Shown in pieces: positions 9,518-19,190 of a DNA stretch of 64,000 nucleotides. Under the pieces are notes generated by a model that was not told the DNA's origin, made no database searches, and saw only the letters and a list, made by a program, of their open reading frames with translations. The DNA is taken from positions 192,001 to 256,000 of the forward strand of contig JBFWNL010000006.1 of assembly GCA_050251055.1 (NCBI GenBank). Direction: 5' to 3'. The stretch's first letter is position 1. Every line of letters starts with the position of its first letter. The DNA is from Bacteriovoracia bacterium (lineage in GTDB: Bacteria; Bdellovibrionota; UBA1018; JBFWNL01). The translations under genes were made by a program, and so were the position numbers.

Positions 9518-10501
9518 GTGCTGAAGCAAGACCCCGTCTCTTGGCTTTATCCTGAAACCGCCCCGTACCGCACGGGCCGGCTTGCCGTAGGCGATGGCCA
9601 TGAAATTTATTACGAGGAGTGCGGTAATCCGGCGGGTAAGCCCGCGGTTTTTCTCCATGGTGGTCCGGGGAGCGGAATTTTCCCCCGGCATCGGCGTGTG
9701 TTTGATCCCGAACGTTACCGGATCGTGCTTTTCGACCAACGTGGCTGCGGCCAGAGCACGCCTCGGGGATCTATCGAACACAACACGACCTGGCACCTGG
9801 TTTCGGACATTGAAAAGCTGCGCGAGCATCTCGGCATTGAGCGTTGGCTGGTGTTCGGCGGGTCGTGGGGATCCACGTTGGCGCTTGCCTACGCGCAGAC
9901 CCATCCTTCTTCGGTGACGGAGATGGTGATGCTAGGGATTTTCCTGCTTCGTAAACGCGAGATCGCTTGGTTTTATCAGGATGGTGCTTCCTTTCTTTTT
10001 CCCGACGCCTATGAAGAATACGTGAAACCCATTCCGCCGGCGGAGCGAGGCGATCTACTCGCGGCTTTTCACCGGCGATTGGGTTCGGCGGATGCGCGCG
10101 AACGAATGGAGGCCGCCAAAGCGTGGACGTTGTGGGAAGGAAAGACCATCACGCTCTTGCCGAATCCGGATCTCGTGAAGGCATTTAGCGCAGATGAGTT
10201 CGCGGCGACGTTCGCCCGCATGGAAACGCACTACTTCATGAACCAGGGTTTCTTTGAATCGGAAGACCAGCTACTCCGGGGCGTGGATAAAATTCGGCAT
10301 GTGCCCGCCACCATTATACATGGGCGGTACGATGCCTGTTGCCCGCTCGAGACCGCCTGGCTTCTGCACAAAGCTTGGCCGGAAGCGGATTTCACGATCG
10401 TCCCGGACGCGGGTCACGCGTTTGCGGACGCCGCGAACGCGCGTGCGGTGATCAAGGCGACCGACCTTTACGCCCGTCTATGGCGGAAAATCGACAAATG
10501 A
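9518..10501 (+). CDS. pip: Proline iminopeptidase (S33)
   Basis: HGGPG, FDQRGCG, GGSWGSTLALAYAQTHP, GRYD and AGH catalytic motifs. Confidence 0.95.
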   Translation: MLKQDPVSWLYPETAPYRTGRLAVGDGHEIYYEECGNPAGKPAVFLHGGPGSGIFPRHRRVFDPERYRIVLFDQRGCGQSTPRGSIEHNTTWHLVSDIEKLREHLGIERWLVFGGSWGSTLALAYAQTHPSSVTEMVMLGIFLLRKREIAWFYQDGASFLFPDAYEEYVKPIPPAERGDLLAAFHRRLGSADARERMEAAKAWTLWEGKTITLLPNPDLVKAFSADEFAATFARMETHYFMNQGFFESEDQLLRGVDKIRHVPATIIHGRYDACCPLETAWLLHKAWPEADFTIVPDAGHAFADAANARAVIKATDLYARLWRKIDK

Positions 10502-10747
10502 CGCCTTAAGAATTTGGCTTAGATCTCGCGCAAACTTCCGCAGAGTTAATTTTCAAAAACGAGAGCGAACTGTTTTTCTTCCACAATCGAACTAGTTTTG
10601 ACTCGTTGCGTATTGATTTTACGCGTCGCAGTACATCTTGAATACTTTTAGTTTCTTAAGCCAATTTCAATTTGTGAAAACTAAAGTTCTGGATATCATT
10701 ATGTCAAAGTATCAACAGTAAACGAAAAGGAAGAGGAATAAGAAGGT

Positions 10748-11677
10748 ATGAAATTAACACGTTTATGGACGATCTGTGCGGTAGCTGGACTCCTGAGCCA
10801 AAGCGTTTGGGCTGATACGAAATTCAGCGGATTCGCGGATGCACAACTTGGCTGGGCAAAACAAAATTCTCGCGGATTTACGATTTACGATGGCGCGGTC
10901 TACGTAGACTCCTCCATGGACTCCGCGAGCTTTAAGCTCGATCTTCCGTTTTCGGGCGGCGGCGCGAACAACAACTTCGCGTTCGCGACCGGCAAAGCGC
11001 AAGCTTACTTCAACCACAAGATGGGCAGCCTTTCGTGGCAGATGGGTCAATTCGACCATAGCTACGGCTACGCCGGCAACGACAGCGTGGGCTACTTCCA
11101 CGCTCGCCAAGGCGCCTTGCACACGGCGGCTTATAACTCGATCATGACCCACACGGGCCTGAAGCTCGCTTACATGTTCAGCGACGCTTTCTCGTTCAAC
11201 GTGGTTGTGTCCGATCCGAACGCCTCCGGCACCATCGGCACCAACAACTTCGAATACGGCGGCCAGCTCGTTTACAACTCGAGCGGCACCATGTTCAAGG
11301 CCGGTTACCTGTTCAATAAGGGCGCGCTCAAGAACAACACGCTCTTGAACGTCGGCGCGGGCACCAAGATGGGCGCCTGGGACTTGAACCTCGATTTCGC
11401 TTTGAAGGACACCACCGCTCAAGTGGATAGCTCGCTCGGCTTCGCCGGCGATTTCATCTACAACATGACGGACAGCTACGGCTTGGGTCTTCGCGCGGAA
11501 TACCTCTCGAAGTTCACCAACTATAGCCAAATCGACCTGACCCTGGGCTCCAAGCACAAGCTGACCCAGAACCTGACTTTCAAGGCCGGTTTCAACTACC
11601 AGAGCGCCACCGCCGTCTCCGGCGGCACCTCGGCTTCGTCCTACGGACTGGACTTGGCCGGCGTCTACGGATTCTAG
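10748..11677 (+). CDS. Outer-membrane beta-barrel protein (putative porin)
   Basis: Signal peptide, alternating amphipathic strands, C-terminal Phe (GVYGF). Confidence 0.8.
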   Translation: MKLTRLWTICAVAGLLSQSVWADTKFSGFADAQLGWAKQNSRGFTIYDGAVYVDSSMDSASFKLDLPFSGGGANNNFAFATGKAQAYFNHKMGSLSWQMGQFDHSYGYAGNDSVGYFHARQGALHTAAYNSIMTHTGLKLAYMFSDAFSFNVVVSDPNASGTIGTNNFEYGGQLVYNSSGTMFKAGYLFNKGALKNNTLLNVGAGTKMGAWDLNLDFALKDTTAQVDSSLGFAGDFIYNMTDSYGLGLRAEYLSKFTNYSQIDLTLGSKHKLTQNLTFKAGFNYQSATAVSGGTSASSYGLDLAGVYGF

Positions 11678-11702
11678 TTCGAACCGTATAGGCTAAAAAA
11701 TT

Positions 11703-11737
11703 ACGGCGTAGCTCGAAAGGGCTACGCCGTTTTTTTT
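11703..11737 (+). terminator. Rho-independent terminator (probably bidirectional)
   Basis: ACGGCGTAGC-TCGAAAGG-GCTACGCCGT stem followed by a T tract and preceded by an A tract; lies between convergent genes. Confidence 0.9.
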
Positions 11738-11750
11738 GCCTAGTTTGCGT

Positions 11751-13376
11751 CTATTGGAGGGCGCGAGCGGCTTGGTTTCCCGACTGCACGGCGCCGTTCA
11801 TGTAGCCCTGATAGTGCTCGCTGACGTGCTCGCCGGCGAAAAGGAGCCGTCCCCCGAGCTCCGGCGTTTTTGCCGCTCCCATGATCGTCGTGTACTGGCC
11901 TACCCGAGGGCAAGCGTAGCTGCCCCGGGCGTACCCATACTGGCTCCAGTTGAACAAAACTTTGTTTCCGTCCGACGCTTGGCCTATGCCCGGGTGGATT
12001 TTCTCCAGGTGGGCGAGCAGCGCGGCCATGCCGCCGGCGATCCCCTTGCGGCCCGTGCTTCCGCCCGTGAAGTTCGTCATGATCCCGCTCGCGCCTTTCT
12101 GGGCGACGCTGCTGTCCCAAAAGCATTGCGAGGGCTGATCGGTGAATACGTAGCCCAGCGAAGCGGGAGTGTCGCCGTGGGGCTGACGCCAATACCTTTC
12201 TTTGAATCCCTGCATGTACTTTGAGTTGGTTCCGTATCCCAGCTCGCGGATGCACTGAAGCTTGGTGGGGCTGAGGCCGAGCTGATCGATGCCCTCGATC
12301 TCGCGGACCATGGTGAACGGCACCGCACAGATGACCTGCTTGGCCTTGCGCGTGACGACGGTGCCCGCCTTGAGAAACGTGAGCTCGAGGTCCGCGCCGG
12401 ACCCGCGGATCGCTCGCCAGCGGTGCTCGAGGTGCACTTTCACGCGCGGCTCGATCGCGCGCCCTAATGCTTCGATCAGGCGGGTGTTCCCGCCGCGGAT
12501 GCGCTTGGACTCGTCGCTTTCCCCGAAAATCCGGAACTCGGGATTTCCATCCGGCCCCCGGGGCATTTCGGGGCTTAGAAGTACAAGCAGATTGATGGAG
12601 GATTGTTCGGCGGCGTCGAGCCCGAATTCCCCGACGTAGGCCGCGTGAATGGCGTCGAGGACCCAGCCCGCGACGTCATTGCGCTTGGATTGCAGGTATT
12701 GCTCGAGGCTGATGCGATCGAATCGCTTCGCCTCCGGTCCGTGGCGATCGTACGTCACGATCGGTGAGCTTCCGTCCAGGAAAACCTTGGCGGCGTCTCG
12801 CTTCAAGTGCTCCGCCATGGGCGCGAATTCGCGTAGAATATCGGCCTCCCGATAAATTTTTCCGCCGAAGTGAAAGAGGTGGGGCGGGAGCGCGCGCATC
12901 TCGGGCAGGAAGTCATCGATGGGTACGCCGAGTTCAGCGGCGAGCTCAAGAATCTCTTTTTGAGTGGTGTCGATGAACTCACCGCCCAACTCGCAAAACA
13001 TCCCCTCGGCGTTGAATTGATCTTTCGTGAAAACCCGCCCCCCCAGGCGCGCCGCCGCTTCGTACACCTCGCAGGGAATTCCCGCCTGGCTCAAACGATA
13101 GGCGGCCGTGAGGCCCGCGAGCCCTCCGCCTAGGATCACCACCGGTTCGCCGCCTTGCATCGGCGCGGGGCCCTTCGCGGGTGAGCTCTTTCCGGTTGCG
13201 CATCCCGTGCTCGCTAGCAGGTAGGGAAGGGACGCCGTCGCGCCCGCGGCCAAGAGGGATTGCCGCGCGGCCTGGCGTAAAAATTCGCGACGGTCTTCTA
13301 AATAGGGATGACGCTGAATGAGATGAGCGTGGTTTAGCCACCGCTTCACGGACCGGAAAAATGGGGTTTTTGCCAT
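11751..13376 (-). CDS. Tat-exported flavin monoamine / L-amino-acid oxidase family protein
   Basis: DRREFL twin-arginine motif, LASTGC possible lipobox, GGGLAGL FAD motif, RLGGR, FAGEH...GYMNGAVQSG; start placed at ATG 13376. Confidence 0.88.
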   Translation of the reverse strand: MAKTPFFRSVKRWLNHAHLIQRHPYLEDRREFLRQAARQSLLAAGATASLPYLLASTGCATGKSSPAKGPAPMQGGEPVVILGGGLAGLTAAYRLSQAGIPCEVYEAAARLGGRVFTKDQFNAEGMFCELGGEFIDTTQKEILELAAELGVPIDDFLPEMRALPPHLFHFGGKIYREADILREFAPMAEHLKRDAAKVFLDGSSPIVTYDRHGPEAKRFDRISLEQYLQSKRNDVAGWVLDAIHAAYVGEFGLDAAEQSSINLLVLLSPEMPRGPDGNPEFRIFGESDESKRIRGGNTRLIEALGRAIEPRVKVHLEHRWRAIRGSGADLELTFLKAGTVVTRKAKQVICAVPFTMVREIEGIDQLGLSPTKLQCIRELGYGTNSKYMQGFKERYWRQPHGDTPASLGYVFTDQPSQCFWDSSVAQKGASGIMTNFTGGSTGRKGIAGGMAALLAHLEKIHPGIGQASDGNKVLFNWSQYGYARGSYACPRVGQYTTIMGAAKTPELGGRLLFAGEHVSEHYQGYMNGAVQSGNQAARALQ

Positions 13377-13457
13377 AGGAACGGTTAAGTCTAGCGGCTG
13401 GATCCGGCTTGTCAAAAACGAAGTGGCGAATGCGGATTGCTCGGGTATGATTTCGCG

Positions 13458-14903
13458 ATGGCGAAACTCTGGATCGATGGCAAATGGCAGGGTGGGGGTA
13501 GTCGACGGGACCTAATCGCGCCGTTCGATGGTCGAAAGCTGGGGCAAGTGGAGCAAGCCGATGCCGCGCAAGTGGAATCCGCCATCCAAGCCGCGGTGGC
13601 GGCTTTTCCCCGCCTGCGGGAAACGAGTCGTTATCTGCGGAGCCGGTTGCTCTCGGAGATCGCGGCGGGAATTCAGGCGCGGAAGTCGGATCTCGTCTCC
13701 GTGATGGTCGGCGAAGCCGGAAAGCCCCGTCAGCTCGCCGAAGGAGAGATCGGCCGCGCCGTCAATACCTTCACGATCGCCGCGGAAGAAGCCAAGCGTT
13801 TCGGCGGACAACAAATCCCGATCGACATCGAACCCGCCGGACGGGCGTATTGGCCGGTGATTACCCAGCCGACGCCGCGCGGGCCGATACTAGCGATCGC
13901 GCCGTTTAATTTCCCCCTGAATTTGGTGGCCCATAAGGTAGCGCCCGCGCTGGCCGTGGGTGCCCCCGTGGTAGTGAAACCGCCGCCCCAGGCGCCCGGC
14001 GCGGCCTGCATCCTCGCCGAAGTTTTCGAAGCGGCGCTAGGAAGGGTCGGCGACGATCGGGAGAAGATCCCACCCGCCGCGCTGCAAATCATCCACGCGG
14101 CCAACGACGTCATTGCCCCGGCCGTGACGGACCCGCGTCTACCGATCCTAAGCTTCACCGGCAGCGACCGGGTGGGCTGGATGCTCGCCGAGAAGGCGTA
14201 CCGCAAGAAGGTTTGCCTGGAGCTGGGCGGGAACGCTGCCGTGATCGTGCACGCGGACGCCGATCTCGCGCGCGCCGCCGCTCGTTGCGCATATGGGGCT
14301 TTCGCCTACGCCGGCCAGATCTGCATCTCCGTACAGCGCGTTTTCGTGCACCAAAGCGTGGCTCGGGAATTCCAGGATCTCTTTCTCTCGGAAATCGCTC
14401 AGCTCCCAACGGGCGATCCGGCGCAATCCGATACGCTAGTGGGTCCCATGATCGATGCGGCGGTCGCGGATCGTACGCTCGCGTGGATCGACGAGGCAAA
14501 GCGTGCGGGCGCGAAGGTGCTGGCGGGCGGCACCCGGCAAGGCAATGTGCTGGCCCCCACGGTGCTGACGCAGGTGAAGCCCGATCAAAAAGTCTGCACG
14601 GAGGAGGTATTCGCCCCACTCGCGGTCCTGGTGCCTTATGCTGATTTAGAGGACGCCATCCAGGGCGTAAATGACTCCCGATTTGGCCTCCAGGCGGGTA
14701 TTTTCACCGAAAGCATGAAAGATTCCCGCCGTGCGATGGAAGGCATGAATGTCGGCGGCGTGATCATCAACGAGGTGCCAACTTACCGGGCCGATAACAT
14801 GCCGTATGGAGGCGTGAAGGACTCCGGCAACTGCAGGGAAGGCGTGGCATTTGCCATGCAGGAATACTGCGACCTTAAGACGATTGTGCAGTGGCGAGGC
14901 TGA
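13458..14903 (+). CDS. Aldehyde dehydrogenase family protein
   Basis: PFNFP, FTGS, LELGGN, GQICIS, EEVFAP, PYGGVKDSG motifs. Confidence 0.95.
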   Translation: MAKLWIDGKWQGGGSRRDLIAPFDGRKLGQVEQADAAQVESAIQAAVAAFPRLRETSRYLRSRLLSEIAAGIQARKSDLVSVMVGEAGKPRQLAEGEIGRAVNTFTIAAEEAKRFGGQQIPIDIEPAGRAYWPVITQPTPRGPILAIAPFNFPLNLVAHKVAPALAVGAPVVVKPPPQAPGAACILAEVFEAALGRVGDDREKIPPAALQIIHAANDVIAPAVTDPRLPILSFTGSDRVGWMLAEKAYRKKVCLELGGNAAVIVHADADLARAAARCAYGAFAYAGQICISVQRVFVHQSVAREFQDLFLSEIAQLPTGDPAQSDTLVGPMIDAAVADRTLAWIDEAKRAGAKVLAGGTRQGNVLAPTVLTQVKPDQKVCTEEVFAPLAVLVPYADLEDAIQGVNDSRFGLQAGIFTESMKDSRRAMEGMNVGGVIINEVPTYRADNMPYGGVKDSGNCREGVAFAMQEYCDLKTIVQWRG

Positions 14904-16919
14904 TTAGAGGGAGCTCGCTTCTTGGATTTTTCCGTTCTTGACCGTGAGCACGCGCAGCTGGCGGTTGAGTTGCCCGTCGCCGTAGGTGATCTTTCCCGTT
15001 ACGCCGGAGAAATTCTTGATCCTCATGAGGCGATTCTTGATTTCTGAACGATCTACGTTGTCGCCGGTGAGCATGATGGTTTCGAGTAGCGTCGCGGCAT
15101 CGTAAGCCGTAGCTTCGAGCGCGGTAGGGCGCGTGCCGTAAGTTTCCACGTAGCGGCTGACGAACGTTTGGTTTTCCGGGGAGGTGTTTTCGGGCGCGTA
15201 AGTGTCGACGAAATAAATCGGCTCGCTCGAGTTCTTGCCGCGCTCCAGTAGGTTTTCCGAATTCCACGTCGAAATTCCGAAAAATTTGAGATTTTCCACG
15301 TCGCGGTAAGCGAAGGTCGGCACGGCCTGGCGGGCGGCGCGCGCTTCATCCGGCATGAACACGGCATCGAAGTCGACGATCGGCGGCAGGCTGAAGAACT
15401 CGTCGTTACGCCGGGTGTGCTTGGTGATCTTGTTTTTTTCGCGGATGGCCGCCATCTCGTCGCTTTCGCGCTTGCGCGCGTCTTGGTAATGCAAGCCCAC
15501 GAGCTTGTCGACGACCTGGCGGAAGTCCGTTTCGCCCGGCCGGTAGGACTCAAACGCCCGCACCTCGCCGCCCATTTCCTCGATCGCGTCCCAGAAATAC
15601 CGCGAGCCGCGGATGCCGATGTTTTCTTCCGGGTAGATGACGGCGAATTTTTTCAGCTTCATCGCCTGTACGGCGTAGCGGGCGATCTCGTAGACCTGGT
15701 TCTTGCCGGTGATCGCGGCCTGGAAGACGTAGTCGCCGTCGATGCCCTTCTTTTGGGCGAGCGAGATCAGCGGTACGCCGAGGGACTGGGCGCGCTGGCT
15801 GGCTTCTTCGACTTTTTCGTTGCGGATGGGGCCGATAATCGCCACCACGTGATGTTTGAAGTAGAGCCGGTTGATCGCCTCCACCGGATCTCCATTTTCT
15901 CCCATGTCTTCGACGATGATGTGGATGCGACTGTCGGGCTCGTTGGGGTTGAAGGTGCGGAAAGCCAGCGCGATGCCCTGGAGGGTGAGCGCTCCCATCT
16001 TGGCGAACCGACCGGTCATCGGGAGCAGCACGCCCACGGCCTTGGCATCGACAATGTTCTGGTTCTGCAGCGACTTCAGCAGCTCCATGGCGTTGGGATA
16101 ATAAGTCGTGTCCGGATAGCGATTGATGAGCGTGCGCAGGTAGTTTTCCGCGGCCGTACGCTGACCCGCGACCATCGCCGCGTTCGCCAAGCGAAAGAGC
16201 ACGAAGTCGGCGAAAGGGCCTTCCTCGGAGTCCCGCAGTAAGCGCTCCAGGGTCGCCGGGTCCGTAATTTTTTCGATCGTGGGTTTGAACTCGTTCTCGA
16301 AGCGGCGGGCGTTCTCGTCGTCTTTGGCGAGCGGCATGTCGTTCGACGGGCGGATGAGCAGGCTCCATGCGAGGGCGTCCCGCGCGGCTTCCGTCGGCAT
16401 ATCGAGCTTCTGATAGACGAGCGCGCGCGTGAGTAGGAGCTTGCGGGCGGTGTCGAGGTTGACCTGGCGGGCATCGATCGTCTCGAGGCTTTTTCGGGCG
16501 TCGGAAAACTTGTTCGACTCGTACTGGGCGATGCCTAGGTTGTAGAGCAGGTATTGCGATTGCACGGCGTCGCCGCTCGCGGCGAGGGACTTTTCGAAGT
16601 GATCGATGGCCGCGCGGTAGTTTTTCTTGCGCAGCTGGATCAGGCCCATCAAGTTCTGGATCGACATCCTCTTCGTCGTATGGGGGTACTTCTTCTCGAA
16701 GGCGCGAGCGCGCTTCATCGCGGTATCGGCTTGGTTCTTTAGGTAGGCATCCTGAATGAGCTGAAAGTCTTTCGCTTCGGTGCCGCTCAGGGAGCTGGTA
16801 TCGCCATCAAAGCCGGGCAGGTCGACCTGCCGGTCGTTCGGCCGTTTGGAGGCCGAAGAACAGGCGAAAAGGAGGTAGACCAAGCTAGTAGCCACGATGC
16901 CGCGGATGAGTTGGGACAT
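14904..16919 (-). CDS. Penicillin-binding protein activator (LpoA/LppC-like) lipoprotein with TPRs
   Basis: Lipobox LFAC; N-terminal TPRs; VGVLLPMTG, IIGP, ETDF and AYDAA motifs of the periplasmic-binding-protein-type domain. Confidence 0.8.
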   Translation of the reverse strand: MSQLIRGIVATSLVYLLFACSSASKRPNDRQVDLPGFDGDTSSLSGTEAKDFQLIQDAYLKNQADTAMKRARAFEKKYPHTTKRMSIQNLMGLIQLRKKNYRAAIDHFEKSLAASGDAVQSQYLLYNLGIAQYESNKFSDARKSLETIDARQVNLDTARKLLLTRALVYQKLDMPTEAARDALAWSLLIRPSNDMPLAKDDENARRFENEFKPTIEKITDPATLERLLRDSEEGPFADFVLFRLANAAMVAGQRTAAENYLRTLINRYPDTTYYPNAMELLKSLQNQNIVDAKAVGVLLPMTGRFAKMGALTLQGIALAFRTFNPNEPDSRIHIIVEDMGENGDPVEAINRLYFKHHVVAIIGPIRNEKVEEASQRAQSLGVPLISLAQKKGIDGDYVFQAAITGKNQVYEIARYAVQAMKLKKFAVIYPEENIGIRGSRYFWDAIEEMGGEVRAFESYRPGETDFRQVVDKLVGLHYQDARKRESDEMAAIREKNKITKHTRRNDEFFSLPPIVDFDAVFMPDEARAARQAVPTFAYRDVENLKFFGISTWNSENLLERGKNSSEPIYFVDTYAPENTSPENQTFVSRYVETYGTRPTALEATAYDAATLLETIMLTGDNVDRSEIKNRLMRIKNFSGVTGKITYGDGQLNRQLRVLTVKNGKIQEASSL

Positions 16920-17003
16920 GAGGCTTTTATCCTAACAACATTTTACCGGGCATATAAGGACAAAAGCGGGCGCGGGCGCGAAAGCCTTCCGGCTCGGTCA
17001 GGC

Positions 17004-17813
17004 TTATGGGCCGCCCATCGGTTGACGCCCGCCGGGACCGTCGTCCAGCGGGACGCCCGGTCCCGCGCGGCGCACGGTAAACGAACCCGGGATGGCGGTC
17101 ACCCGTGTGAAATGACTCGCCGACGTCAGCGTGTACATGCCATTAATCATCCCGGGGTTAGCCAGAGTGATCGCTTGTCCTTGGGAGAGAACTTCGACGT
17201 AGCCGGAGAAGCGGATGGTGTACCGCAGTCCGCTCGTGAATTCGCCGCGATCGTTGGCGACGCGAAGGCTGCCGCGGAATTCCGGGCAAAGCCCGCTATC
17301 AAGCGTGAGCGTGAGCTGATCGTAGGCGCCCACTGGCGCTTGGCCCGTCGCTACCCGCGTTCCCGCTGGATCCAGGTGGGTGACGGATTGGACGCGGTCA
17401 TTCGTATAAATCGGGACCATTTCTTCGGCTTCTTCGGTGCCGGATTCTGGAGAATCGTCTTCTTCCTGTACGATGCTGTCGATGGCGGTGAAATGGCCGC
17501 TATCCGCGTCGAGCCGAGGAAGCGCGCTTGGCCGCGCCGGCCGCAGGGAAATTCCCGAAATGCAAAGGGACGCGTCCAGGCGTCGAGGTGAAGATCCGTC
17601 GGCGGGGGTGGCTGACCCGTCGGCAAGATGGATGGCTTGATCCATGCGCACGGCCCCCGTGTAAGTGAACGGCGCAAAGCGAATGGGCATGGGCACGGAA
17701 ACCACAGGATTTCCGGTCGAGCTCCCGCCTCCCGTTTTAACCACGGGCGCGCATCCGCTCACAATGAGCGCGCAAGCCAAGGCGAGTGTGAGTAATGCTT
17801 TTAGTTTTTTCAA
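17004..17813 (-). CDS. Lipoprotein of the regulator-linked family (DUF4382-like), copy 2
   Basis: Likely TTG start at 17813; lipobox IVSGC; GGGSSTGNP; APVGAYDQLTLTLDSGLC motif. Confidence 0.72.
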   Translation of the reverse strand: MKKLKALLTLALACALIVSGCAPVVKTGGGSSTGNPVVSVPMPIRFAPFTYTGAVRMDQAIHLADGSATPADGSSPRRLDASLCISGISLRPARPSALPRLDADSGHFTAIDSIVQEEDDSPESGTEEAEEMVPIYTNDRVQSVTHLDPAGTRVATGQAPVGAYDQLTLTLDSGLCPEFRGSLRVANDRGEFTSGLRYTIRFSGYVEVLSQGQAITLANPGMINGMYTLTSASHFTRVTAIPGSFTVRRAGPGVPLDDGPGGRQPMGGP

Positions 17814-17893
17814 GGAGGCCCCAAACAACAGACTTATATAGTCAATTATGAGGTTGAGGCTCTGAATTGTCAATGCTTCCAAAGACTTTTGGT

Positions 17894-18757
17894 TCATATT
17901 TTCCCTTGTGATTTCTTTGGGTTATCGGATTCTACCACGGGGAAAGCGACGAAGCTGACGTGATAGACGGAGGAGCGCCCCTCTTGGGCCTGGGTGATTC
18001 CGCGGATTTCGTTCATGGCGCGTTCCATGACTTCCTTCACGGCGCCGAACGTGTCCGGATGCATTCCGATGGTGAAGCCAAGGATGTTACGGTCGTCGCG
18101 TGGCGTGCTGTGAATGGATTCGACCGCCATGCCCAGCATGGTTTTGTGGAATTCCGAAAGCGCCAGGCGATAAATCTGGCCGTCGCAGTCGACGGACTTG
18201 CCTTCGGGGAATCCGGCATCGGATTTTCCCATGCGGGCGACGAAGCCGTGCTTTAGCAGGAAGTCGATCGCATGCTGGATTTCACGCAGGCTCACTTTCG
18301 CCTTGAGGCGCGCTTGAATCCAGCGCGCTTCCAGCTGAAAATGCGCGAATCCCGCCATCTCGCGAATCACGACGTAATACCAACGGCTGAGGTATCGGTA
18401 GGCTTCGAATTCCTTCGGATTGTGCCGGCGATAGATTCCGAAGCGCTGCAGTTTTCGGTAGGCGCGTTGACGATCTTCGGTGGGGTTTTTTTCCGAAAGC
18501 TGTCGCAGCGACTGGAAGAACGAAGTCTCGGACTCGTTCAAGTCCATGTGCCGAAGCAGTTGCCGGGCGACGTCGTCGGTGAGCGCGCGCTTTCCGTTCA
18601 TCACGAGCGGCAGGAAACCCTCGGAGAATTTCGCGCGGCGGGCGAACTCCCGGACCGATGTTCCATCCTGCGTTTTTTTAAACGCGAACCAGTCACGCAG
18701 GAAAGCGCGGTGGTCGTGGTACTGGTGGATGTCGGGGCGCCCCCCGGTGCCTTTCAT
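17894..18757 (-). CDS. TIGR02147/DUF4423-family putative transcriptional regulator, copy 2
   Basis: IHQYHDHRAFLRDW, SVREFARRAKFSEGFL, WYYVVIREM, VYHVSFVAFP. Confidence 0.88.
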   Translation of the reverse strand: MKGTGGRPDIHQYHDHRAFLRDWFAFKKTQDGTSVREFARRAKFSEGFLPLVMNGKRALTDDVARQLLRHMDLNESETSFFQSLRQLSEKNPTEDRQRAYRKLQRFGIYRRHNPKEFEAYRYLSRWYYVVIREMAGFAHFQLEARWIQARLKAKVSLREIQHAIDFLLKHGFVARMGKSDAGFPEGKSVDCDGQIYRLALSEFHKTMLGMAVESIHSTPRDDRNILGFTIGMHPDTFGAVKEVMERAMNEIRGITQAQEGRSSVYHVSFVAFPVVESDNPKKSQGKI

Positions 18758-19060
18758 GTTTTGATGATATCACCTCGGAAAATACCGCGTCAAATAATGC
18801 ATTCATAAATAGAGATTAAATACAAAAGGCACCCCTAGATATTTATATAAACATTTGAATTTTATATTTTTTTTAAAAAAATAAATTAAATCGCATTCAT
18901 ATTTTAAGAAATTATTTCTACCAATCTGCAATTTGCATTCAAATAATAAGATTCAATTAGTATAAATATGTATAAATATTTGTTTTTATTTAATTATTTA
19001 AAAAAACGCATTCAAATCCAAAGTTATTATTTGACAAAAACACTCCAGAATCGTATGTTG
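18758..19060. promoter_or_regulatory. AT-rich divergent promoter region; sigma70 promoter TTGACA-N17-TATGTT and four GCATTCA repeats
   Basis: -35 at 19031-19036 and -10 at 19054-19059; opposite-strand TTGACG-N18-TATCAT; GCATTCA at 18799, 18893, 18935 and 19008. Confidence 0.7.
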
Positions 19061-19190
19061 TTCCTGTACTCGTGAAACACGCCCCCGAAGCACGAGACCA
19101 TCCGCCTCCAGGATTTCCGATTGGCGGAAGTTCTGGAGGTGGGCTCGGTCGTTCGGGGGAAATTGCCAGGGGCAATGAAGGGAGAGGGAG

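Noticed and set aside
10640-10690. 8-bp inverted repeat TTTAGTTT/AAACTAAA upstream of the porin
   Set aside because: Short and AT-rich; cannot be told from chance without comparative data
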